A stretch of 64,000 nucleotides of DNA from Leucoraja ocellata (Eukaryota): assembly GCA_036785375.1 (NCBI GenBank), contig JAWMAR010000076.1, forward strand, positions 7,936,001 to 8,000,000, given 5' to 3'. A model generated the notes under the pieces. It did not search any database. It saw only the letters and a list, made by a program, of their open reading frames with translations, and was not told the DNA's origin. Position 1 is the first letter of the stretch; each line of letters begins with the position of its first letter. The position numbers were made by a program, and so were the translations under genes. This document shows positions 38,137 through 50,416 of the stretch, piece after piece.

Positions 38137-38835
38137 GATACAAGATACAAGATACAACTTATTTGTCATTTGGACCCCTTGAGGTCCAAACGAAATGACG
38201 TTTCTGCAGCCATACATTACAAACAAATAGACCCAAGACACAACATAATTTACATAAACATCCATCACATCGCTGTGATGGAAGGCCAAAAAAACTTATC
38301 TCTCCACTGCACTCCCCCCGATGTCAGAGTCAAAGTCAAAGCCCCCGGCTGGCGATGGCGATTGTCCCGCGGCCATTAAAGCCACGCCGGGTGATGCAAG
38401 GTCGCACAACGGGTTCTTGATGTTAGAGCCCCCGGCGTGCGCTCGCAGAGTCCCGCAGCCATTCCAAGCCGTGCGGGGCGGTGCTGTAAGGCCCCGCTCC
38501 AGGAGCTCTTCGACCCCGCAACTCGGGCGGGAGAAGTCGCCGTGGCGGGAGCCCTGAAAAGCGGTCTCCCTCCAGGGACCTGCGAGCTCCTGGCCACCAG
38601 ACCAGCAGTTGCAGCCTCCGAATCTCCGGAGGTCGGGCCGCAGCAGCAGCAGCGCTCCACCGCCGCTCCACCCGCTCTGGACTCGGCAGCTCCGCGACGG
38701 TGAGGTGAGTAGTCGGCACCAGAGCCCCCGGTCTTCCTGTTGGAGGCCGCTCCTCATTGCAGCCCCAACGACAACGGAGACCCGACAAAGAAAAGATCGG
38801 GTCTCCCGTGCAGAGAGATTTAAAAGTTACCCCCT
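38137..38835 (-). mobile_element. GC-rich non-autonomous retroposon with (TTGTATC)n tail; related pieces at ~44165-44620, ~61970-62550, ~62750-62915
   Basis: Shared blocks GGACCCCTTGAGGTCCAAACG and CGGAGACCCGACA; inserted in a degenerate Rex1-like endonuclease region. Confidence 0.6.
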
Positions 38836-40109
38836 GGTAACTGAAGAATGGCACTGTCAGTTATGTTAGCGGTGAAACAGAGCACAGAGCAGCCTTTCAG
38901 AACTCTGCGGTAAGTCCGTCTTACTTTAAGTTCATCCAGCTTGTTCTCCATAGACTGCACATTAGCCAGTTATATGCTGGGGGTGTCCTGAAACAACGTT
39001 GCTTCAACTGCACCGACAGCTCAGTGCGCTTCCATTGTTTACTCAGCAGGTGGCAGCACATTGGCCCTGTGAGTCACTGGTGTCATCGTCTGCTCTTGCA
39101 TGGGTCAGGCCTGGGGTCAGAGTTGGCCGTGCTAGGTCTCACTGGTCGGGTCCTCACAGCTCCAAGAGTCATCCTGGGAGGTCCTTTGGTCTAGGTAGTC
39201 AGAGAGGAGATTAAGAAGAGCATAGTTAGAGTAAGACCTGCTGCTGTAGATATAAAGATTTAGATGAGTGGAGCAATTGTAATGTCTGATCACAAATCCA
39301 CTTCTGGGAGCTGCACACAACACAACAGGAGTCGCCTGACTACAACACCATAGACCGGTTAGAATAGTCAGAGGTTTTTTTTCCAGGGTAGAAATATCAG
39401 ATATTAGATATAAAGACTTTAAGATGAGAGTAGGAACGTTTAAAAAATATATATGAGGCAAGTTCGTGTTTTCACAGAGTGTTAGGTTCCTGTAACACAT
39501 TACATAGAAACATAGAAACATAGAAATTAGGTGCAGGAGTAGGCCATTCGGCCCTTCGACCCTGCACCGCCATTCAATATGATCATGGCTGATCATCCAA
39601 CTCAGTATCCCGTACCTGCCTTCTCTCCATATCCCCTGATCCCCTTAGCCACAAGGGACACATCTAACTCCCTCTTAAATATAGCCAATGAACTGGCCTC
39701 GACTACCCTCTGTGGCAGAGAGTTCCAGAGATTCACCACTATCTGTGTGAAAAAAGTTATTCTCATCTCAGTTTTAAAGGATTTCCCCCTTATCCTTAAG
39801 CTGTGACCCCTTGTCCTGGACTTCCCCAACATCGGGAGCAATCTTCCTGCATCTAGCCTGTCCAACCCCTTAAGAATTTTGTAAGTTTCTATAAGATCCC
39901 CTCTCAATCTCCTAAATTCTAGAGAGTATAACAAGTCTATCCAGTCTTTCTTCATAAGACAGTCCTGACATCCCAGGAATCAGTCTGGTGAACCTTCTCT
40001 GCACTCCCTCTATGGCAATAATGTCCTTCCTCAGATTTGGAGACCAAAACTGTACGCAATACTCCAGGTGTGGTCTCACCAAAACCCTGTACAACTGCAG
40101 TAGAACCTC

Positions 40110-40408
40110 TTAAGGATAAAGGGGAAATCCTTTAAAACCGAGATGAGAAGAACTTTTTTCACGCAGAGAGTGGTGAATCTCTGGAACTCTCTGCCACAGA
40201 GGGTAGTTGAGGCCACTTCATTGGCTATATTTAAGAGGGAGTTAGATGTGGCCCTTGTGGCTAAGGGGATCAGGGGGTATGGAGAGAAGGCAGGTACGGG
40301 ATACTGAGTTGGATGATCAGCCATGATCATATTGAATGGCGGTGCAGGCTCGAAGGGCCGAATGGCCTACTCCTGCACCTAATTTCTATGTTTCTATGTT
40401 TCTATGTT
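40110..40408 (+). mobile_element. CR1 3' end nested in opposite orientation
   Basis: Inverted relative to 39503-39800; ends in (TTTCTATG)n. Confidence 0.85.
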
Positions 40409-41079
40409 TCCCTGCTCCTATACGCAAATCCTTTTGCTATGAAAGCTAACATACCATTCGCCTTCTTCACTGCCTGCTGCACCTGCATGCCTACTTTCAA
40501 TGACTGGTGTACCATGACACCCAGGTCTCGCTGCATCTCCCCTTTTCCTAGTCGGCCACCATTTAGATAATAGTCTGCTTTCCTGTTTTTGACACCAAAA
40601 TGCATAACCTCACACTTATCCACATTATGCTGCATCTGCCAAACATTTGCCCACTCACCCAGCCTATCCAAGTCACCTTGCAGTCTCCTAGCATCCTCCT
40701 CACAGGTAACATTGTCCCCCAGCTTCGTGTCATCCGCAAACTTGGAGATATTGCCTTCAATTCCCTCATCCAGATCATTAATATATATTGTAAATAGCTG
40801 GGGTCCTAGCAGTGAGCCTTGCGGTACCCCACTAGTCACTGCCTGCCATTGTGAAAAGGACCCGTTTACTCCCACTCTTTGCTTCCTGCCAGCCAGTTCT
40901 CTATCCACATCAATACTGAACCCGCAATGCCGTGTGCTTTAAGTTTGCATACTAATCTCTTATGTGGGACCTTGTCGAAAGCCTTCTGGAAGTCCAGATG
41001 CACCACATCCACTAGTTCTCCCCTATCCACACTACTAGTTACATCCTCGAAAAATTCTATAAGATTCGTCAGACATGAT

Positions 41080-41523
41080 CAGAAATGTGGATTGCAAGTA
41101 TGTTGGACACCGCTCATCTTGAGGAAATGCGATTCCTCCTAATGGATAAATCAGACCAATTCATAACGAGTTGGTCTCCATTCGTCGTTTTTTTGGAATC
41201 ATATGGTGCAACACAATTGTAAAAAATAACTGTTTCAGGACTGGACGAGGGTTAAGACTATAAATAATGATCTCCTTTTCTTTTCACTATTTTCTCTCTC
41301 AACTTTCTTCATTTACTCGTTTTCTTTCTTCACACACTATATATTTCACATTTTTCTATCCTTTACTATCTAACTTCTTTTTCTTATTCTCATCTTTTTT
41401 CAATGTAACAAAAAAAAAAGAAGTTGTACATAAAATGTATTATGAAAATATATATTAGGCACTTTGGTGCCATATGACTGTGCTTACTTCTAATAAAATA
41501 AAATATTAAAAAAAAAAAAAAAA
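41080..41523 (+). mobile_element. L1-clade LINE 3' end with poly(A) and 9-bp TSD
   Basis: MLDTAHLEEMRF...WSPF ORF2-like C-terminus, AATAAA, poly(A), TSD AGACATGAT at 41071-41079 and 41524-41532. Confidence 0.8.
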
Positions 41524-44500
41524 AGACATGATTTACCTTTCATAAATCCATGCTGACTTTGTCCAATGATTTCACCACTTTCCAAATGAGCTGCTATCAA
41601 ATCTTTAATAACTGACTCTAGCAGTTTCCCCACTACCGATGTTAGACTAACTGGTCTGTAATTCCCCGTTTTCTCTCTCCCTCCCTTCTTAAAAAGTGGG
41701 GTTACATTTGCTACCCGCCAATCCTCAGGAACTACTCCAGAATCTAAAGAGTTTTGAAAGATTATTACTAATGCATCCACTATTTCTGGAGCTACTTCCT
41801 TAAGTACTCTGGGATGCAGCCTATCAGGCTCGGGGAATTATCGGCCTTTAATCCATTCAATTTACCCAACACCACTTCCCGGCTAACCTGGATTTCACTC
41901 AATTCCTCCAACTCCTTTCACCCAATCAACTCTCCCGTTTCTGACTGCAAGGGACCTACATTTGTTTTAACTAATCTATTTCTTTTCACATATCTATAAA
42001 AACTTTTGCAGTCAGTTTTTATGTTCCCTGCCAGTTTTCTTTCATAATCTATGTTTCCTTTCCTAATTAAGCCCTTTGTCCTCCTCTGCTGGTCTCTGAA
42101 TTTATCCCAGTCCTCCGGTATGCTGCTTTTTCTGGCTAATTTGTACGCATCAGCCTTCCCTTTGATACTATCCCTGATTTCCCTTGTTATCCACGGATGT
42201 ACTACCTTCCCTGATTTATTCTTTTGCCAAACTGGGATGAACAATTTTTGTAGTTCATCCATGCAGTCTTTAAATGTCTTCCATTACATATCCACCGTCA
42301 ACCCTTTTAGAATTAATTGCCAGTCAATCTTGGCCAATTCATGTCTCATACCCTCAAAGTTACCTTTCTTTAAGTTCAGAACCATTGTTTCTGAATTAAC
42401 AATGTCACTCTCCATCCTAATGAAGAACTCAACCATATTATGGTCACTCTTGCCCAAGGGGGCACGCACAACAAGATTGTTAACTAACCCTTCCTCATTA
42501 CTCAATACCCAGTCTAAAATAGCCTGCTCTCTCGTTGGTTCCTCTACATGTTGATTTAGATAACTATCCCGCATACATTCCAAGAAATCCTCTTCCTCAG
42601 CACCCCTGCCAATTTGATTCACCCAATCTATATGTAGATTGAACTCACCCATTATAACTGTTTTGCCTTTGTCGCACGCATTTCTAATTTCCTGTTTGAT
42701 ACCATCTCCAACTTCACTACTACTGTTAGGTGGCCTGTACACACCCACCAGCGTTTTCTGCCCCTTAGTGTTTCGCAGCTCTACCCATACCGATTCCACA
42801 TCCTCCAAACTAATGTCCTTCCTTTCCATTGCATTAATCTCCTCTCTAATCAGTAACGCTACCCCACCTCCTTTTCCTTTCTCTCTATCCCTCCTGAATA
42901 TTGAATATCCCTGGATGTTCAGCTCCCAGCCTTGGTCACCCTGGAGCCATATCTCCGTGATCCCAACTATATCATAGTCATTAATAGCTACCTGCACATT
43001 CAACTCATCCACCTTATTACGAATGCTCCTTGCATTGAGACACAAAGCCTTCAGGCTTGTTTTTACAACACTCTTACCCCTTACACAATTATGTTGAAAA
43101 GTGGCCCTTTTTGATTTTTGCCCTGGTTTTGGCTGCCTGCCACTTTTACTTTTCACCGTGCTACCTATTGCTTCTACCCTCATTTTACACCCCTCGGTCT
43201 CTACGCTCACACATTTAAGAAACCCTTTCCCTTTAACTCCATCCTCCACTATCCCATTCGACACCCCACCCCCCTTATTCAGTTTAAAGCCACCCGTGTA
43301 GCAGTGGCAAACCTGCCTGCCAGAATGCTGGTCCCACACCTGTTAAGATGCAATCCGTCCCTTTTGTACAGTTCCCCCTTACCCCAAAACAGATCCCAGT
43401 GATCTAAGAATCTAAATCCCTGCCCCGTGCACCAGTTCCTCAGCCACACGTTCAGGTCCCGTATCTCCCTGTTCCTGCTCTCGCCAGCACGGGGAACTGG
43501 AAGCAAACCGGAGATAACAACCCTGGAGGTCCTGCTTTCCAACATTTTTCCGAGCTCTCTAAAGTCACGCTGCAGAGTATTCATCCCCTTCTTTCCGAAA
43601 TGCACTACAACTTCCGGATGTTCACCTTTGCCCTTGAGGATTTTCTGCACTCTGTTCGTGACATCCTGGATCCTGGCACCGGGAAGGTAGCACACCATCC
43701 TCGCATCCCGTCTGTTGCCGCAGAAACCCCTGTCCGTACCTCTCACAATGGAGTCTCCCACTACAATGGCCTTGCCTGCCTTAGGAACATTGCCAGGGGA
43801 AGTGGTGGAGGCAGATCTGAGTAGTAGTTAATAGTCATTTAGACAAATACATGAACAAGTAGAGAATGGTGAGACCATGTGCAGGCAGATGAGAATAGTT
43901 TAAATTGGCATCATGTTCGACACAGATATGGTGGGTCATAGAACCTTTCCCTCCGCTGTACTGTTCTATGCTTGTGTGAAACACTTGATCAGAGTACTAC
44001 GTTTCAAAAAAGGAGGAGATAGGAAGAGAGCTTGGACAAGGGATGGGAGGGGGGAGTGGTGGAAAGTGTGGGGAGCGCGGAAGAGTGGGTAAGGAGAGGT
44101 GCATGTTAAAGGCATGACCATCAATAGCTGAATGAAAACAATGAGGAATGTACGAGAGCATGTTCAAGAGATTCAAGGTTCAAGAGAGTTTATTGTCATG
44201 TGTCCCTGATAGGACAATGACATTCTTGCTTTGCTTCAGCACAACAGGACATAGTAAGCATGAATACAGAACAGATCAGTGTGACCATATACCATTATAT
44301 AAATATATACACACACGAATAAATAAACTGATAAAATGCAAATAAACAGATAATGGGCTATTGCAGCCCTAGGTCGTTCTTGCTGGAGGCCGCTCCACGT
44401 TGCTCAGCCCCAACGACAACGGAGACCCGACAAGGAAAAGTCGGGTTCTCCGTGCAGGGGAAAGATTTCAAAATTTCCCCCCCCACCCCCCTCCCGCCCC

Positions 44501-47500
44501 ACACACACACACATACCACGTCAAAAAAAAGAAAAACTAACTTGAAACAAGACAAAAAATAATAAAAAGACAGACGGACTGCAGAGGCCACTGCGACGTG
44601 AGTCGCGCCGCCCATAATGAACGATGACCAGACGGAGGTCATCGAGCTGCTGCTCCAGGTTCCTAATAGGGTTCCTTAGGAGCCCCATCTCGACGCACCT
44701 GGCGCAGATGTGGACGTCTGGAAGGCTATCAGATTCCTTAACCTCCCACATCTGATATCCAGAACAGTAAATTGCCCTGGCAATCATACTCCCCTCTTAC
44801 CTAGGATACAATACAAGTACAATGCAAACTGCTACAATACAATCAGCAGGGATCTGACTCCCAATCAGCTGCTCCCTCTTGTCTGCTTCCACTAATCAGC
44901 GGCTTCCTCAAACCCACTTTGAAATGCGAAGGGACGTTGGAACGTTGCAGATTTGGGTTTAAACTTCCCTCTGCGACCGCTCCAACGGCTCTCGGCTCTC
45001 GGGCCTCTGTAAGAAACAAGCCCCGTGCTTGTTTCACACACATATATATATATATATAGTTATATATTCATATATAAATATACACCATTTTGTTTTCTTG
45101 TTTATCACATTCTTTACAGAGGACTATGTTTACAAATTCTGTTGTGCTGCTGCAAGTAAGGATTTCATTGTTCTACCTGGTATGTGAGAGAATAAAACAC
45201 TCTTGACTGCAGGCAGATGGAACTAGTGTAGATTGGGCATGTTGTTTGGTGTGGGCACGTTGGGCCGAAGCGCTTGTTTCTTTCCACACTGTATGATACG
45301 ATACGATAGAACTTTATTCATACCCAGAGGGGAATTGGTCTACGAACAGTCACAACACACAACAGGTACACAAAAACTTGAAATTAAAATTAAATTAAAA
45401 TAAAAGTGTAAAAATTGACAAGTGACTGTTGGCTGGCTGCCATGTGCACAGTGGCTTAACCGGAATGAACAAAGAAACAAATAAACAAACACAGGTTTAT
45501 CTCCTGGGCAGAGGATCCTGAAACTAGATTTTCCCCCCTTCAGCCACACCGGGTCCCTCTGTGATCTCCCACGGCGGTCCCCCCACACCGGTCCCCCCAC
45601 GCCGGGACCGAATTGTTCTTCATGGCAGTGCCCCCGCGCCAGGTCCTCCATTGTCTTCCCCTCCCTGCTGCACGCTCATCGACCGCTGATCGCGGGACGG
45701 TCATGAGGTGCCACTACCGCCAAGGCTCCTGTTGCTGCCGAGGCTCACACCGCCACCGATGCCCCACCGCCGCCTACGTCCAGGCTCTCGCTGCCGCTGC
45801 CCAGGATCCTTTGACCCAGACAGGCTTTGCTGCCCGGGTTCTCTGCAGTCTCCTGGGAGGCAAGTGCACATCAGGCCCCTGGGCGAGTCGGGCCTACTGG
45901 GATGCGTGTTGTTCGGCGGGTGGATCAGGCCTGTGTGGCTCCCCGGGACTCTATTGTTATTGGGTAAGTTCATCTGACATGCGGGGGGCTGTTAAAGACC
46001 AAATGATCAAGAGTTAAAAACCGGCATGTTCCAGTCAGGAGGAGGGACATGGTTGTCAAGGTTGGGTACATTGGATGGCAATAAATGTCAGTCGCATGGC
46101 TAGGACCAAATACCAGTACGTTTCCAGTATGGTCACTTTTCGAATTTGACTACCCACACACTGTTCAAGAAAGCTTTTCGGATTGAATCCAACAAACCCT
46201 GCCCTAACTATGCCTCTAGCACAAAGGAAGTCTGAGTTAATATTAGGGAAGTAAAAAATCGCTCTTTCTGACAACCCTGATAGTTTTATAGTTTCCTGTA
46301 ATCAGTTTATATATTTGTTCTTCTATTTCCTGCTGGTTTTTGGAGGGCCCATTATATCAGCATGATCGTGCCTTTATTTATTGTGAACTCTACCCGCTGT
46401 GAATAAACTACCCACAGTGGATTAATCCTCTAGTATGTCCTCTCCAAGTGCCACTGTGAACTTCTCCCTAATCAGTAATCATTTCCTCCACCTCACAGAA
46501 AAACTTTCAGCTTGATCGCCATCAGCACAGGAGCAGCTCAAGGCTGCGTGCTCAGCCCCGTACTCTGTACCCATTAATGTGTGGCCGGACACAGTTCCAA
46601 TTCCATCTTCAAATCTGCCGACGACACCACCATAGTTGAACCAATTATGGATGATGATGACTCAGAGTATTGGAGGGAGATCGATCGACTGGCCAAATGG
46701 TGCCAAGAAAACAACCTTTAAGCAGACCCACATCACCTTGGCCATACTCTCATCTCCCTGTACCATCAGGAAGAATGTACAGGAGCCTGAAGGCTGTTCC
46801 CTCCAAGTTGAAGAACAGCTCTTCCCATCAACTATCAAGTTCTTGAACCACCCTGTACAGCCCAACTTCAGCACCTCACTATGGACTATTATCCAGTGTT
46901 AAAACACATTTGTACTCCATATAACCATATAACCATATAACAATTACAGCACGGAAACAGGCCATCTCGGCTCAAAAAGTCCGTGCCGAACAATTTTTTT
47001 TTCCCCTTAGTCCCACCTGCCTGCACTCATACCATAACCCTCCATTCCCTTCTCATCCATATGCCTATCCAATTTATTTTTAAATGATACCAATGAACCT
47101 GCCTCCACCACTTCCACTGGAAGCTCATTCCACACCGCTACCACTCTCTGATTAAAGAAGTTCCCCCTCATATTACCCCTAAACTTCTGTCCCTTAATTG
47201 TGAAGTCATGTCCTCTTGTTTGAATCTTCCCTATTCTCAAAGGGAAAAGCTTGTCCACATCAACTCTGTCTATCCCACTCATCATTTTAAAGACCTCTAT
47301 CAAGTCCCCCCTTAACCTTCTGCGCTCCAGAGAATAAAGACCTAACTTATTCAACCTATCTCTGTAACTTAGTTGTTGAAACCCAGGCAACATTCGAGTA
47401 AATCTCCTCTGTACTCTCTCTATTTTGTTGACATCCTTCCTATAATTGGGCAACCAAAATTGTACACCATACTCCAGATTTGGTCTCACCAATGCCTTGT

Positions 47501-48310
47501 ACAATTTTAACATTACATCCCAGCTTCTATACTCAATGCTCTGATTTATAAAGGCTAGTATACCAAAAGCTTTCTTTACCACCCTATCTATATGAGATTC
47601 CACCTTCAAGGAACTATGCACGGTTATACCCAGATCCCTCTGTTCAACTGTATTCTTCAATTCCCTACCATTTACCATGTACGTCCTATTTTGATTTGTC
47701 CTGCCAAGGTGTAGCACCTCACATTTATCAGCATTAAACTCCATCTGCCATCTTTCAGCCCATTTTTCCAAATGGCCTAAATCACTCTGTAGACTTTGGA
47801 AATCCTCTTCATTATCCACAACACCCCCTATCTTGGTATCATCTGCATACTTACTAATGCAATTTACCACACCTTCATCCAGATCATTGATGTACATGAC
47901 AAACAACAAAGGATCCAACACAGATCCCTGAGGCACCCCACTAGTCACCTGCCTCCAACCCGATAAAAAGCCATCCACCATTACCCTCTGGCTTCTCCCA
48001 TTCAGCCACTGTTGAATCCATCTTGCTATTGCTGCATTTATACCCAACAGTTGAACCTTCTTAACCAACCTTCCATGAGGAACCTTGTCAAAGGCCTTAC
48101 TAAAGTCCATATAGACAACATCCACTGCTTTACCCTCGTCAATTTCCCTAGTTACCTCTTCAAAAAATTCAAGAAGATTAGTCAAACATGACCTTCCAGG
48201 CACAAATCCATGTTGACTGTTCCTACTCAGACCCTGTTTATCTAGATGCTTATATATATTATCTCTAAGTATCTTTTCCATTAATTTGCCCAGCACTGAA
48301 GTCAAACTTA

Positions 48311-49608
48311 TGGCTAGTTTTCACGGGGCGACTTGACGCAAGATGTAGCCAGAGTGGAGTGGTCGTGGTCTAGCACGATATCACACGATATAACGGGGGT
48401 AGAGTAAAGAGTTCCCACGGTACTCGGCAATTCTGTCATTTTTGCGAGTGACTTGTCCGTCTCCCGATCTTTCCCGTTAATCGTGAATGAACATCGTGGA
48501 CTGTAGTGTAGTTAATCACGTGGCACAAATGATGTTACTTTGTGTCACACACTATATTGGTTTTTTTCACCCGAGCTCTTTAATGAGCTGAAGAATAATC
48601 TGTGTTTTTTTAGACAAATGTTGTTTGGTGTGATGCACCTTCTCTCAATATGTGCAATAAGTCGTCTTTTTATTTTGTCAAATATGAATAAAGACTGTGT
48701 CTCACATTGACCGTGATGATTGTGTTATTTTATGATCTACTGAGAGGTGAAACTTTCAGTCTGAAGAAGGCTCTCGACCCGAAACGCCACCCGTTCCTTC
48801 TCTCCAGAGATGCTGCCTGTCCCGCTGAGTTGCTCCAAGCAACTGGTGTCTATCTTCAAAGGACTGACCAGGACTGCCTCTCTCTCTCTCTCTCTCTCCC
48901 TCCCTCCCTCTCACACAGGCATGACTGGAGGAACTCCGCGGGCCAGGCAGCATTTACGGAGGGAAATGGACAGGCGACCCATTCTTCAGGCTGCCTTATG
49001 TCTCTCTCCCCCCCCCCCTCCCCCCAACTCCCACCCACACACACGAATGCTGGAGAAACTCAGCGGGTGCAGCGGGGCCGAAACGTTGTCTATTTCCTTC
49101 ATTCCATAGATGCTGCTGCACCCTATGAGAGATAAGGCAGCCTGAGGAAAGGCTAGCCTGTCAATTTCCCTCCGTAGATGCTGCCTGGCCCGCGGAGTTC
49201 CTCCAGTTAGAAACTGCTTTCAGACAAAAAGAGACACACTGACATTAATGAAATGCTTGTTAGCTAGTTTTATTAGATTTGTATGTAAATAGCAAACTGG
49301 CTGGATTCACTCTATCCAACTTCCGGGTTCACCGTTCGCAGGAGTTCCCACGGTGACCGCAAGAGCTACTACGGATATCGCACTGGCCACTACGTTCATA
49401 AAATGTTGCAATGCTCAACCACAAGTGTACAAGTCACTCTTGGACAAATTCAAACATGTTTGAATTTTCTCCCGAGTACCCAAGTTACACGATTACCTGC
49501 CGTTAGCCCCACGGTGGTCCACGAATGCCGTACTGTTACCGCACGAGGTTCCCACGATGTTAAACTCTGGTTACCTCTTGCGTCAAGTCGCCCCGTGAAA
49601 AGGGGGTT
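48311..49608. mobile_element. Non-autonomous PIF/Harbinger-like DNA transposon
   Basis: ~40-bp TIRs TTTTCACGGGGCGACTTGACGCAAGA...; inserted at a TAA of the CR1 (flanks TTA/TAA). Confidence 0.75.
48761..48788 (+). ncRNA. Penelope-type minimal hammerhead-like motif (related copies at 52200, 28934, and ~25767-25796 minus)
   Basis: Consensus CTGAAGA-AGGG-TCTCGA-CCC-GAAA-CGTC; each copy has substitutions. Confidence 0.45.
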
Positions 49609-50381
49609 TAACAGGTCAATAATTGCTAGGTTTACTCTTAGAACCCTTTTTAAACAATGGAACAACATGCGCAGTACGCCAATCCTCGGGGACTATTCCC
49701 GTTTCTAATGACATTTGAAATATTTCTGTCATAGCCCGGCTATTTCTACACTAACTTCCCTCAATGTCCTAGGGAATATCCTGTCAGGACCTGGAGACTT
49801 ATCCAATTTTATATTTTTCAAAAGTGTCAGTACTTCTTTTACTTTGAACCTCATAGTATCCATAGCTACTCTGCTAGTTTCCCTTACCTCACATAATTCA
49901 ATATCCTTCTCCTTGGTGAATACCGAAGAAAAAAAATTGTTCAATATCTCCCCCATCTCTTTTGGCTCTGCAGATAACTGTCCACTCTGTCTCTCCAATG
50001 GACCAATTTTATCCCTCGTTATCCTTTTGCTATTAATATAGCTGTAGAAACCCTTTGGATTTACTTTCACCTTAAAGCAACCTCATATCTTCTTTTAGCT
50101 TTTCTAATTTCTTTCTTAAGGTTCTTTTTACATTCCTTATACTCCTCAAGCACCTCATTTACTTCATGCTGCCTATAATTATTGTAGATTCCCTGGCTTT
50201 TGACCATGCCTGAGTCTTTGCTTCGGTTTGTATTGTTTTTAATGTTTCTTTATTTTACATACTTTTCCTACTATTTCTTTTGATTGTTATTATTGGTGTG
50301 TATTAACTTTTTTGTCAATGATTAGTGATGTACAGCGCTTTGTTGCAACTATGATTGTTTTTAAAGTGCTCTATAAATAAA

Positions 50382-50416
<35 letters not shown>

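Larger units (their letters stand above)
39503..45030 (-). mobile_element. Near full-length but disrupted CR1 LINE (5'UTR, ORF1 Zn-finger and SGNH esterase, ORF2 APE endonuclease and RT)
   Basis: 44620-44787 Cys-rich CARC...LEQQL; 43279-43761 GDSIVRG...DGLHLN; 42284-43339 NARSIRNK, GITEIW, YRPP, SDH; RT 39602-41780; nested insertions. Confidence 0.88.
46920..50190 (-). mobile_element. CR1 LINE of a second subfamily, (ATAACCAT)n tail, interrupted by a DNA transposon
   Basis: 432-aa RT ORF 47007-48305 ([19 protein letters not shown]), continuing at 49609-50190 (KSPGPD). Confidence 0.93.

Noticed and set aside
38296-38869. Overlapping GC-rich ORFs (also 45340-46017 and 62039-62424) as genes
   Set aside because: They lie in multi-copy GC-rich retroposons and have no recognisable domain.
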